Of a DNA stretch of 64,000 nt, positions 27,462-35,202 are shown in pieces; the first letter of the stretch is position 1, and each line of letters begins with the position of its first letter. Where the stretch lies: NCBI GenBank assembly GCA_000398025.1, contig ASKX01000003.1, positions 6,143 through 70,142 on the forward strand, given 5' to 3'. The notes below the pieces were generated by a model. It saw nothing but the letters and a program-made list of their open reading frames with translations, was not told the DNA's origin and searched no databases. The stretch comes from Candidatus Paceibacter normanii SCGC AAA255-P19. Lineage in GTDB: Bacteria > Patescibacteriota > Minisyncoccia > Minisyncoccales > Paceibacteraceae. The position numbers were made by a program, and so were the translations under genes.

Positions 27462-27493
27462 AAATGAGCGGGCGAAGAGATAAAATGAGCGGG
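27462..27493. repeat. 11-nt direct duplication of the tRNA-Gly(GCC) 3' end
   Basis: AAATGAGCGGG occurs at 27462..27472 and 27483..27493. The 10 nt between are cgaagagata, whose complement is TATCTCTTCG. Confidence 0.7.
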
Positions 27494-27559
27494 AGACGGG
27501 GGTTGAACCCGCGATCTTCTCGTTGGCAACGAGACGTTCTACCACTGAACTACTCCCGC
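27488..27559 (-). tRNA. tRNA-Gly(GCC)
   Basis: Acceptor GCGGGAG/CTCCCGC, anticodon loop TTGCCAA, T-loop TTCAACC. Confidence 0.9.
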
Positions 27560-27570
27560 CAGCAATTTTG

Positions 27571-27642
27571 TGCCGCGGGCCGGGATCGAACCGGCGACCC
27601 CATCTTTTTCAGAGATGTGCTCTACCACTGAGCTACCGCGGC
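27571..27642 (-). tRNA. tRNA-Phe(GAA)
   Basis: Acceptor GCCGCGG/CCGCGGC, anticodon loop CTGAAAA, T-loop TTCGATC. Confidence 0.9.
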
Positions 27643-27647
27643 CTAAC

Positions 27648-27723
27648 TGGTGGGCACTGCAGGATTTGAACCTGCGACCTTCGCGATGTAAGCGCGACGC
27701 GCTAACCACTGCGCCAAGTGCCC
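27648..27723 (-). tRNA. tRNA-Val(UAC), CCA encoded
   Basis: Acceptor GGGCACT/AGTGCCC, anticodon loop CTTACAT, T-loop TTCAAAT, 3' ACCA. Confidence 0.9.
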
Positions 27724-27743
27724 CTATAAATTTCCCTCTTTTG

Positions 27744-27826
27744 TGCCCAGGGAGGGACTCGAACCCTCACGCTCTTACGAGCATGGCACCTCAAGCCATT
27801 GTGTATACCTATTCCACCACCTGGGC
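27744..27826 (-). tRNA. tRNA-Leu(GAG)
   Basis: Acceptor GCCCAGG/CCTGGGC, anticodon loop TTGAGGT, variable arm GCTCGTAAGAGCGT, T-loop TTCGAGT. Confidence 0.9.
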
Positions 27827-28186
27827 AGGCGCCTCAGATTCCCCTTTTTGTTTTAATTTGGCTTTTCTGCCTTTAGCTCCTCTCAAATAATAAAGTTTAG
27901 CTCTTCTGACTTTCCCCTTTTTTATTACCTCTATCTTTTCAATGGTTGGGGAATGGATAGGGAAAATTCTTTCCACGCCAATTCCCGAAACCACTTTTCT
28001 TACGGTGACAGTGGTAGTTATTCCTTTGCCGTGTTTTCTGGCAAGAACTATCCCTTCAAAAACCTGAACCCTTTCTTTCCCTTTTTCCGTAATTTTCTGA
28101 TGAACCCGAACCGTATCTCCCGGTCGAATGTCGGGTAAGTCAGTTTTTAATTGAGTTTTATTAAAAGTTTCTATTTTGGTAGGCAT
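27809..28186 (-). CDS. rplS: 50S ribosomal protein L19
   Basis: [35 protein letters not shown]...[18 protein letters not shown]. The last 18 nt overlap the tRNA-Leu(GAG) 5' end. Confidence 0.9.
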   Translation of the reverse strand: MPTKIETFNKTQLKTDLPDIRPGDTVRVHQKITEKGKERVQVFEGIVLARKHGKGITTTVTVRKVVSGIGVERIFPIHSPTIEKIEVIKKGKVRRAKLYYLRGAKGRKAKLKQKGESEAPAQVVE

Positions 28187-28776
28187 AACTTTAATTCTTC
28201 AGGTAATTCTGATTTAAATTCTTTAATTTTGCCACTGGGCAACTTTATCTTGAGCCAGCTGGCGTGGAGAAATTGCCTATTTAATCCCTTAGGGCAGGGC
28301 TGATTTTTGAAACCGTAAAGTTTATCACCCAAAATTGGGTGACCCAAATAGACAAAATGGGCTCTAATTTGATGTTTTCTGCCAGTTTTGGGCTCAATCT
28401 CAATCAAATCATAATCCTTGAATCTTTGCAATGTTCTATATTTGGTCACGGCTTCCCTTTTTCCTTCAGCTTGGGGGTCTTGAGCCAAATATACTTTCTG
28501 TTTCCTTCTGTCTTTAGGGGAGCGACCGAGCAAGGTTTTAATTTCTCCCTCTTTATTTTTCAAATTACCAACCACCAGGGCCAAATATTTCTTTTCAACT
28601 TTTCTTTCTTGGAATTGTTTTTGGAAAAATTCTAAACTTTCGTCGTTTTTAGCTACCAAGAGTATTCCTGAGGTGTCTTTATCTAATCTATGGACTCTTC
28701 TGGGAATTTCATCAGCATTTACTCCAGCCGGTTTATCAAAAACCCGTACATTCTCATCTTCATAAATAATTTTCAT
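28171..28776 (-). CDS. RluA-family pseudouridine synthase (short, catalytic domain only)
   Basis: Catalytic motif [16 protein letters not shown], plus KKYLALV and HQIRAHF. Confidence 0.8.
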   Translation of the reverse strand: MKIIYEDENVRVFDKPAGVNADEIPRRVHRLDKDTSGILLVAKNDESLEFFQKQFQERKVEKKYLALVVGNLKNKEGEIKTLLGRSPKDRRKQKVYLAQDPQAEGKREAVTKYRTLQRFKDYDLIEIEPKTGRKHQIRAHFVYLGHPILGDKLYGFKNQPCPKGLNRQFLHASWLKIKLPSGKIKEFKSELPEELKLCLPK

Positions 28777-28777
28777 G

Positions 28778-28851
28778 TGGGCGGTAGAGGACTTGAACCT
28801 CTGACCTCCTCAATGTCAGTGAGACGCTCTAACCAACTGAGCTAACCGCCC
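28778..28851 (-). tRNA. tRNA-Val(GAC)
   Basis: Acceptor GGGCGGT/ACCGCCC, anticodon loop CTGACAT, T-loop TTCAAGT. Confidence 0.9.
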
Positions 28852-28927
28852 CTTGGGCGATGAAGTTTACCTCTTCGGGTTTGCCTTCATCTAGGACCCG
28901 GCGTCCCGCAAGTGCGGGACTTGGGTG
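28852..28927 (-). repeat. R1-related double hairpin filling the tRNA-Ile/tRNA-Val spacer
   Basis: Minus strand reads CACCCAAG-TCCCGC-actt-GCGGGA-CGCCGGGTCCTA-GATGAAGG-(18 nt)-CTTCATC-GCCCAAG. Confidence 0.6.
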
Positions 28928-28999
28928 TGCGCGTGGAAGGGATCGAACCTTCTACTTCCTCTTTATAAGAGAGGCGTTCTACCAATGAACTACACGCGC
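28928..28999 (-). tRNA. tRNA-Ile(UAU)
   Basis: Acceptor GCGCGTG/CACGCGC, anticodon stem CCTCT/AGAGG, loop CTTATAA (anticodon TAT), T-loop TTCGATC. Confidence 0.8.
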
Positions 29000-29002
29000 T
29001 CG

Positions 29003-30892
29003 TTAAACACTTTTTACTTTTACTTTTACTGATCCTTTAGTCTTTGGCAAGGGCTTTTCTTTTGTTGTTTTCTTACCTCCTTTGATCAACTCCTCAAACT
29101 CTTCCCTTTCGATTGTCTCTTTTTCAATTAATCTTTTGGCAATTTTTTCCAGCAAAACCTTTCTTTTCATTAAAATTTTCTTTGCTTTAGTTTCAGCATC
29201 TTTAATAAATTTAGCCACTTCTTTATCAATTTGAGTAGCTATCTTTTCAGAATAGTTTCTCTGTTCAGAAATCTCTTTTCCCAAAAAGATCATTTCTTCT
29301 TTTTCGCCAAAAGAAACTGGACCCAGGGATGACATGCCATATTCTTTAACTAATTTTCTGGCTAATTCTGAAGCTCTTTTAAGGTCGTTGGCTGCTCCCG
29401 TAGTAATTTCGCCAAACTTCAGCTTTTCTGCGCAATAACCGCCCAATAAAGTAGCCATTTCAGCCAAGAATTCTGATTTGGTTCTGATTTTTCTTTCTTC
29501 TTTGGGAAGTTTCAAAGTATAGCCGGCAGCTACCCCTCTAGCCATAATAGAAATTTTCCTTACTGGTTCTGTCTCCATTAAAGAGGTGGAAACCAAAGCA
29601 TGGCCAGCTTCATGGAAAGCCGCAATTTCTTTTTCTTTTTTAGATAAAACATGACTTTTTCTTTCTGGTCCCAATAAAACTTTTTCGATTGATTCCAATA
29701 ATTCTTCTTGGAAAATTTGCTTTTTATTTCTTCTGGCTGCCAAAATAGCAGCTTCATTTACTACGTTAGCTAAGTCCGCCCCGGAAAACCCTGGAGTTCT
29801 CTCGGCCACCTCTCTTAAATTAATATTGAGAGCCAAAGGTTTTCCTCGGCAGTGAATTTTTAAGATCTCTTGCCGGTCATTAATATCTGGTAAATCCAAG
29901 ACTACTCTTCTATCAAACCTGCCCGGCCTTAATAAAGCTGGGTCTAAAACATCGGGCCGATTGGTAGCTGATATCACTATCCGGGTGTCATCTCTCTCAA
30001 AACCATCCATTTCCACTAAAATTTGATTCAAAGTTTGCTCTCTTTCATCGTGTCCCCCGCCAATTCCTGCCCCTCTCAATCGACCGACAGCATCTAGTTC
30101 GTCAATAAAAATTACCGCCCTCCCTGCCTTTTTAGCGGTAGAAAAAAGGTCCCGGACTCTGCTGGCTCCCACCCCGACGAACATCTCGACGAATTCTGAA
30201 CCAGAAATAGAGAAAAAAGGTACCCCGGCCTCAGAGGCGACAGCGCGGGATAAAAGGGTCTTGCCAGTTCCGGGTGGTCCGACTAGCAAGACGCCGCGGG
30301 GAATTCTGGCTCCCATTTGAAGATATTTTTTAGGGTTTCTTAGGAAATCAACTACTTCTTCCAGTTCCTCTTTAGCTTCTTTGAGGCCAGCTACGTCTTT
30401 GAAAGTAATTTTTTCTTTGGGATGGCCTTCGGCCCCAAAAAGGCGAGCTTTAGCCCTGGTAAAGTCAAAGGCCTGAGTGGCTCCGGTTTTGGCTTGGCGG
30501 AAAATCATCCAGAAGAAAAAACCAAAAAATAAAAGCGGCAACAAGATTAACAGAACTGGACCCAGCCAAACCATTGCCCCTCCTTCTTTTTTTGTTTTAA
30601 TTTCTACTTCCTTTAGCTTTTCTTTATCTACTCCGTAATTTATCAAAGACTGGGAGAGAGCCAGCTCCGTTTCTTTGCGAGAGCGGGCTTTAGAATCATC
30701 TTGATAGATAATTTGGAGTTCGTCGCCGGTGACGGTAATCTTTTTAATCTTTCCTTGGTTAACTTCTTCTGCCAACTGAGTAATTGATAATTCCTTCCCT
30801 TTTTCAAAGGGCTGGGAAAATAAGGTAAAAAGCCCGGAGATGACCAGAAAAATCAACAAAATAAAAACAAAATTTTTAACTAAATTCTTCAT
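29003..30892 (-). CDS. ftsH: ATP-dependent zinc metalloprotease FtsH
   Basis: Two TM segments. Walker [11 protein letters not shown], Walker [31 protein letters not shown], zinc site HEAGHAL. Confidence 0.95.
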   Translation of the reverse strand: MKNLVKNFVFILLIFLVISGLFTLFSQPFEKGKELSITQLAEEVNQGKIKKITVTGDELQIIYQDDSKARSRKETELALSQSLINYGVDKEKLKEVEIKTKKEGGAMVWLGPVLLILLPLLFFGFFFWMIFRQAKTGATQAFDFTRAKARLFGAEGHPKEKITFKDVAGLKEAKEELEEVVDFLRNPKKYLQMGARIPRGVLLVGPPGTGKTLLSRAVASEAGVPFFSISGSEFVEMFVGVGASRVRDLFSTAKKAGRAVIFIDELDAVGRLRGAGIGGGHDEREQTLNQILVEMDGFERDDTRIVISATNRPDVLDPALLRPGRFDRRVVLDLPDINDRQEILKIHCRGKPLALNINLREVAERTPGFSGADLANVVNEAAILAARRNKKQIFQEELLESIEKVLLGPERKSHVLSKKEKEIAAFHEAGHALVSTSLMETEPVRKISIMARGVAAGYTLKLPKEERKIRTKSEFLAEMATLLGGYCAEKLKFGEITTGAANDLKRASELARKLVKEYGMSSLGPVSFGEKEEMIFLGKEISEQRNYSEKIATQIDKEVAKFIKDAETKAKKILMKRKVLLEKIAKRLIEKETIEREEFEELIKGGKKTTKEKPLPKTKGSVKVKVKSV

Positions 30893-30917
30893 CTACCAAG
30901 ATTTTAATTTATTAAAA

Positions 30918-30951
30918 TCGCAGGTGGAAATGAAACTTTAGTTTCATTAAC
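30918..30951 (+). repeat. Decayed R1 half copy
   Basis: TCGCAGGTGGAAATGAAAC-ttta-GTTTCATTAAC. Compare GGTGGAGATGAAGCTTTAGCTTCATCGAC at 35229..35256. The differences are transitions that keep the stem. Confidence 0.55.
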
Positions 30952-30989
30952 TATTCTTAATTTTAACTAAAAATTTTCTAAAAATCAAG

Positions 30990-31040
30990 GCAAAAAAGTG
31001 AAAACCCCGGGGAGAGATGCTTTTGTGAGCAGATCTCTCC
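30990..31040 (-). terminator. Hairpin terminator of the 297-aa gene
   Basis: Minus strand reads GGAGAGAT-(14 nt)-ATCTCTCC followed by CGGGGTTTTCACTTTTTTG. Confidence 0.5.
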
Positions 31041-31074
31041 GCCAGGGTTCTCTGAGTAGTTGAGCGATTGCGGG

Positions 31075-31968
31075 CTACTTGGCAGCGTTGGGCGCGTTGG
31101 AGCGTTGGTGTTCTCGCAGGATCCGTTGGACCTCTGGGCAATTCGATTCCATCTTTGCCCAGGCCTTGAAAAGGTGGGGTACCGGGTCAAGACTGCTCTG
31201 AGTCAGCCGACCCAGAGAAACCATTTGCCCTTCCCTTACCCCGAATTTATTTTCGGGGTCGAGCACCTTTTCGTAGATAGCCGTCTTCTCCTTTGGTTTG
31301 ATAAGGATGGTGATGCCGAATGATGCTTGGACGGTTTGTCCATTTGTCATCTTGTGGCGCAGGCTCAGGAAATACATCCTGATCCTGATTTCCTCCTCAA
31401 TGACGCCAAGGAGTACCTTTGTCGCGATGCCATCGTTCCAGGGGGTTATATCACCCTCCAAAGCATCAACAACCACTTGCCGATGGGCCCACCGCTTTTG
31501 GAACCAATCAGGGGTCTTGGAGAGTAAAAGCCAATCGTCTGGCAAATTCCCTTTCACCTTGTATCCACTATCAAAGTGGATTTTAGGTTCCCCTTTTGGT
31601 TCCTGGGATGGTATGACCTCTACCCGTATGATTTCACCAGGGACGAAATCCCCAATAATGTCTACGAGTCCGCCTTTTTCCAGTACTTCCGGGAAAGGCG
31701 TATGAGCCATAGTGCTGAAAAATTCGGCGGCGCCCTTCCAGTCGTCTGCTTGAGCGAAGATCAGCCTTTGGGTCGATGCCGACCCTGGTTGTGGTCTCTG
31801 GACTATTGGTCTCCGGACTGTTGGTTTCTGGACTGTTGTCCTCGGCGTGGTGACTGCCGGTTCTTTCACGCCAGTCTCTTCGGCTAGTGCCTGCTGAGCC
31901 AGCTTGTGTCCTTGCTCCTTTGCTTCCCTCGCTGTCTTTCTACCCCTTTTGTTATTGTTGTCGCTCAT
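31075..31968 (-). CDS. Hypothetical protein with basic Lys/Arg/Pro/Thr-rich N-terminal tail; no family recognised
   Basis: 297-aa ORF with visibly higher G+C than its neighbours. Strong SD GAAAGGAGGTAAC lies 9 nt before the ATG. It has its own promoter and terminator. Confidence 0.7.
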   Translation of the reverse strand: MSDNNNKRGRKTAREAKEQGHKLAQQALAEETGVKEPAVTTPRTTVQKPTVRRPIVQRPQPGSASTQRLIFAQADDWKGAAEFFSTMAHTPFPEVLEKGGLVDIIGDFVPGEIIRVEVIPSQEPKGEPKIHFDSGYKVKGNLPDDWLLLSKTPDWFQKRWAHRQVVVDALEGDITPWNDGIATKVLLGVIEEEIRIRMYFLSLRHKMTNGQTVQASFGITILIKPKEKTAIYEKVLDPENKFGVREGQMVSLGRLTQSSLDPVPHLFKAWAKMESNCPEVQRILREHQRSNAPNAAK

Positions 31969-31996
31969 TATAAGTTACCTCCTTTCATACTTACCA

Positions 31997-32069
31997 AACC
32001 CTTTGGGTTCGATAGCTAGCTGGCGGGGGACTATAAAATCCCTAACCAATTAGCTATCCCCAAAGGGTT
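31997..32069. promoter_or_regulatory. 73-nt extended hairpin in the leader of the 297-aa gene
   Basis: AACCCTTTGGG pairs with CCCAAAGGGTT (11 bp). GATAGCTAGCTGG pairs with CCAATTAGCTATC (11 of 13). Apical stem is GGGGA-ctataaaa-TCCCT. Confidence 0.5.
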
Positions 32070-32117
32070 ATCAATCATTTTAGAAACTTCGATTTTTAAA
32101 GGGCCTTCAATGGTTTT

Positions 32118-32146
32118 ATTATATACAATTATTTCGATTTTGTCAA
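32118..32146 (-). promoter_or_regulatory. Perfect consensus sigma70 promoter (minus strand)
   Basis: Complement of 32141..32146 is TTGACA. A 17-nt spacer follows. Complement of 32118..32123 is TATAAT. Confidence 0.7.
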
Positions 32147-32168
32147 TAGCTCTTGACAAAACCGAAAT
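32131..32168. promoter_or_regulatory. Palindromic operator-like element spanning both -35 boxes
   Basis: ATTTCGATTTTGTCAA-tagctc-TTGACAAAACCGAAAT, with arms complementary at 15 of 16 positions. The 9-mer TTCGATTTT recurs at 32088..32096. Confidence 0.6.
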
Positions 32169-32181
32169 AAATAATTATAAT
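32153..32181 (+). promoter_or_regulatory. Perfect consensus sigma70 promoter (plus strand)
   Basis: TTGACA at 32153..32158, 17-nt spacer, TATAAT at 32176..32181. Lies about 40 nt upstream of ATG 32220. Confidence 0.7.
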
Positions 32182-32219
32182 TTAGATACGTAATTTGTTA
32201 ATTGAATAAGGAGGTAAAG

Positions 32220-33737
32220 ATGGAAAAGGCTAGATTGCCGTTTTTCTTAGGCGACCCTCGGAAAAGATTTGACTTAATTTCTTCTTATAATCGCAGAGTC
32301 GTTGGTCTCTGTGATGGGCAGTTTTGTTTCTCCTGTAATCCTGATGAGAGGGGAAAATTAGTGGGCTTTGATGGAGGACCGTTAGAGGTAATGCTTCAGC
32401 TTCAGTCAAGGACAAACCCTTTTGGACCTCCAAGAGAATATTACCTTGCCCATTTAGTGTTTGTTCCGGAGCAGGAGAAGGAAGAAATAATTACAGGAGC
32501 AGCGTCCGATGAAGCAATTGAGTTCGACGCTTCCTACAATGCCGTTCTCTATATCTGCGGAGGGACAAGGGTTTTGGTAGATCCAGGATCGATGGCTCTT
32601 ACCAATGGAAGTGTAGAAGGGTTGGCTAAATTAATTGAGGTCTACCGTCCAACTGTGGTAATAATTACTCACGGCCACCAGGACCACTGGCGAAACTTAG
32701 ATCTGTTGGAAAAGTTGGGAATACCAGTTTACCTTACCCCTTTGCCCAATAGATTGATTTCCCACACCGCCAGGATAGAGAAGAATTACGCTTTGCAGAA
32801 GATATTAAGAAAGGGAAGAGCTCAGCTGATCGACCCAGGAGACACAATAGACCTGGGAGAGATGAAAATTTTCACCTTCCCAGTTCCTCATACTATCCCT
32901 GAAGCAATGGGTCTATTGCTAGCAGGGGAAAGGAGAGCCGTGCATCTTGGCGATTTCAGGTTAGGTGAAGGAGTGGAAAAGGCTGAAATAATAACCACTC
33001 TGCGAGCCATTGCCAAGAGAAAGGTTGACTTCGTTGCCGTTAACGTAGTCAACTGCCACCTGGAAGGTTACGCTGAGCCTGAGTCGATGGTCGTTAACTC
33101 TATCACCAATGTTATGGTAGAGGCGAAAGGGAGAGTGGTTGTAACTTGCTTTTCCACTAACGTGGAAAGGATAGGAAGTATAGCGGAAGTGGCCCAGGCC
33201 CAGGGAAGAAATGTGTATTTCTTGGGTACCGGCATGCGACGCGCTCACCTGGAGTTAGCCCGAGAAGGATTGGAGTACGGAGGTGATGAAAACGATATCT
33301 CCCAGCCCAACTCCCTAATTTTTGTCAGCGGCTGTCAAGCCGAGGAAAATTCTATCCTGGAAAGGACATTGGAAGAGAGACCGCCTTACCAACCACAGGA
33401 ATCGGATACGCTCGTTTTTTCGAGCAGAGACGTTCCAGGGAACGAAGTCCCCATCAGAGCACTGATCCAGAAACTTACTCCAAAAGTGAGCACAGTGTTC
33501 ATCTATAAAGGGGAGAGAATCAGGATCGGCTTGGAAGAGAACCAAAAGATTAAGGAAATTGATTGTCATGCCACCGGGCATGGAAAGGAAAAGGATACTG
33601 AGTTAGTGATTCTAGATACTCTTCAACCAAAAGAAGTTCTTCCTATTCCTCAAGAAGGGGAAGGATTTGAGGCCTTCAAGGAGATGGCTGAAGGAGTAGG
33701 GATTAAAATAATCAGTGAACGAGTTGTTGAAATTTAA
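32220..33737 (+). CDS. RNase J-like MBL/beta-CASP nuclease with ~110-aa N-terminal extension
   Basis: SD AAGGAGG lies 5 nt before ATG 32220. MBL motif THGHQDH, DPGD, beta-CASP-like middle, and C-terminal CHATGHG motif. N-terminal GLCDGQFCFSC patch. Confidence 0.75.
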   Translation: MEKARLPFFLGDPRKRFDLISSYNRRVVGLCDGQFCFSCNPDERGKLVGFDGGPLEVMLQLQSRTNPFGPPREYYLAHLVFVPEQEKEEIITGAASDEAIEFDASYNAVLYICGGTRVLVDPGSMALTNGSVEGLAKLIEVYRPTVVIITHGHQDHWRNLDLLEKLGIPVYLTPLPNRLISHTARIEKNYALQKILRKGRAQLIDPGDTIDLGEMKIFTFPVPHTIPEAMGLLLAGERRAVHLGDFRLGEGVEKAEIITTLRAIAKRKVDFVAVNVVNCHLEGYAEPESMVVNSITNVMVEAKGRVVVTCFSTNVERIGSIAEVAQAQGRNVYFLGTGMRRAHLELAREGLEYGGDENDISQPNSLIFVSGCQAEENSILERTLEERPPYQPQESDTLVFSSRDVPGNEVPIRALIQKLTPKVSTVFIYKGERIRIGLEENQKIKEIDCHATGHGKEKDTELVILDTLQPKEVLPIPQEGEGFEAFKEMAEGVGIKIISERVVEI

Positions 33738-33743
33738 TGTTTT

Positions 33744-33775
33744 GGGCGTCCAAGAAATTGGGCGCCCTTCTACGT
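33744..33775 (+). terminator. G+C-rich GNRA-loop hairpin after the RNase J-like gene
   Basis: GGGCGTCCAA-gaaa-TTGGGCGCCC is a 10-bp stem with one G.T pair. It is followed by TTCTACGTTT. Confidence 0.5.
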
Positions 33776-35200
33776 TTAATATATCCGCCACAGATAACGC
33801 CAAGAGGGCGAAGAAACGACATCAGAAAACTTATTTAAAATTTCTTCCAGAGAGGGTTGATTTAAATTGGCTTTGGTATCAATGGGGAGGTTAGAGAATT
33901 TCTTTGGAAAACTTCCCGAGACTAAATTAAATAAATGGGAGAGGAAAGAAGTCGCATAACAACCTTTGGCCAAATTGAAATTTAGAATTACGCCTTGAGG
34001 GAAAACCTTAAAATTCAAAATTTCTACTTTTTCTATGGTTTTAATTCCCCGCTGCCGGTGTTTTAACAAATCCAAATCCTCTAAGTTCTTAAGAGCAAAA
34101 GAAACAGAAAAAATTCCACATTTTTTGAGGAGTTCTTCATAAAACAACCAATTTTTTCTTTCTATCCCCAATATTAAAGGTAACATCTCTGGCGGTTTTT
34201 CATTTTTGGCTAAATAAGAGGAAAGTTTTTTGTTGTAAAGAAAAGAGGCTACGGATTCAACTTGAAGCTCAAGCTGCTTTGAAATTCTTTTTAAAGCCCC
34301 AATGTAATCTTTAGGATTTTCTTTTAAATAAGAAACGATTTTTATCTCATTCTGGAAAGTCAAAGGAAAACACTCTAAAAGTGCTTCAATCTCTTCCCAT
34401 CTTCCCCAGAGTTGTTCCATTTCTTTTCTTAAGTTTTGGAAATAAAATAGCTCTCGCTGTCCCGGTTTAAAAAGATAGGTGAATAACGCTTTTTCATAAT
34501 CTCCCTGCAAAAGATAGAAGCCACAGTAATGGGTTATTAATCTTGGCACGCCAAATCTCTGCAAATAGATAAAATTATAGAAGCCATTTTTTTTGATTTC
34601 TTTCAGTTGTTCCAAGAATTTTTTCTGGTCAAAGTTCGGGCCGATTCTAATTAAAATCGTAAATTGATTCCCCCTCAGGGCGCCACGATAGGTTTCTTTC
34701 TCTCCGGAAAAAACATTTTTCACAAAAAAATTTGGCGAAGAAACCAAATTTAGTTTCTCAACGTCAGTTCCTTTAATAGAAACTCGCTGAGAAGTAATAG
34801 CATGCTTATCTTTAATCCCGGCATACTTGATGCTTTTTGGCTCCAAATTTAGCCTCTTGGTTAGCTCTTCTGCTACCTCAATGGTGGAGAGGCCGCATTT
34901 GACTAAAGTGGCGTAAATAACCGGGTCTTCTCGATTGAAATCTTTTTTGGTGCTCAAAAATTTTTCTGGAAAAACATTTTCTACCTCTCCTCCAAGACTA
35001 ATTTCTTCAACAATAAAGTCCTGAGGCCAAAGCTTTAAATAACCTAAGGGCAGCCCTTTCTTTTTAGGAATCGAAATGCCATATTTCTCTAAGGTTTTTT
35101 GGTCATCGATAAAAGTTTGGCTCTCAAAAAAACGAGGCCATCTTTTAATCGCCTCTCTAAAATTTTCACTTTCAATTTTTTTTGCTTCTAAAATATTCAT
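33776..35200 (-). CDS. truD: tRNA pseudouridine(13) synthase TruD
   Basis: LKLWPQDFIVEE N-terminal motif and catalytic AGIKDKHAITSQ. Confidence 0.8.
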   Translation of the reverse strand: MNILEAKKIESENFREAIKRWPRFFESQTFIDDQKTLEKYGISIPKKKGLPLGYLKLWPQDFIVEEISLGGEVENVFPEKFLSTKKDFNREDPVIYATLVKCGLSTIEVAEELTKRLNLEPKSIKYAGIKDKHAITSQRVSIKGTDVEKLNLVSSPNFFVKNVFSGEKETYRGALRGNQFTILIRIGPNFDQKKFLEQLKEIKKNGFYNFIYLQRFGVPRLITHYCGFYLLQGDYEKALFTYLFKPGQRELFYFQNLRKEMEQLWGRWEEIEALLECFPLTFQNEIKIVSYLKENPKDYIGALKRISKQLELQVESVASFLYNKKLSSYLAKNEKPPEMLPLILGIERKNWLFYEELLKKCGIFSVSFALKNLEDLDLLKHRQRGIKTIEKVEILNFKVFPQGVILNFNLAKGCYATSFLSHLFNLVSGSFPKKFSNLPIDTKANLNQPSLEEILNKFSDVVSSPSWRYLWRIY

Positions 35201-35202
35201 AG

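Noticed and set aside
31298-31887. Plus-strand ORFs (135, 66 and 103 aa) inside the island gene 31075..31968
   Set aside because: They are antisense to a longer ORF that has its own SD, promoter and terminator. Higher G+C lowers stop-codon frequency, so such shadow ORFs are expected.
30990-33775. Prophage or integrative element interpretation of the G+C-richer cassette
   Set aside because: I found no integrase, transposase or structural phage genes, and no flanking direct repeats. Only two genes are present. I report it as an acquired-looking cassette of unknown mobility.
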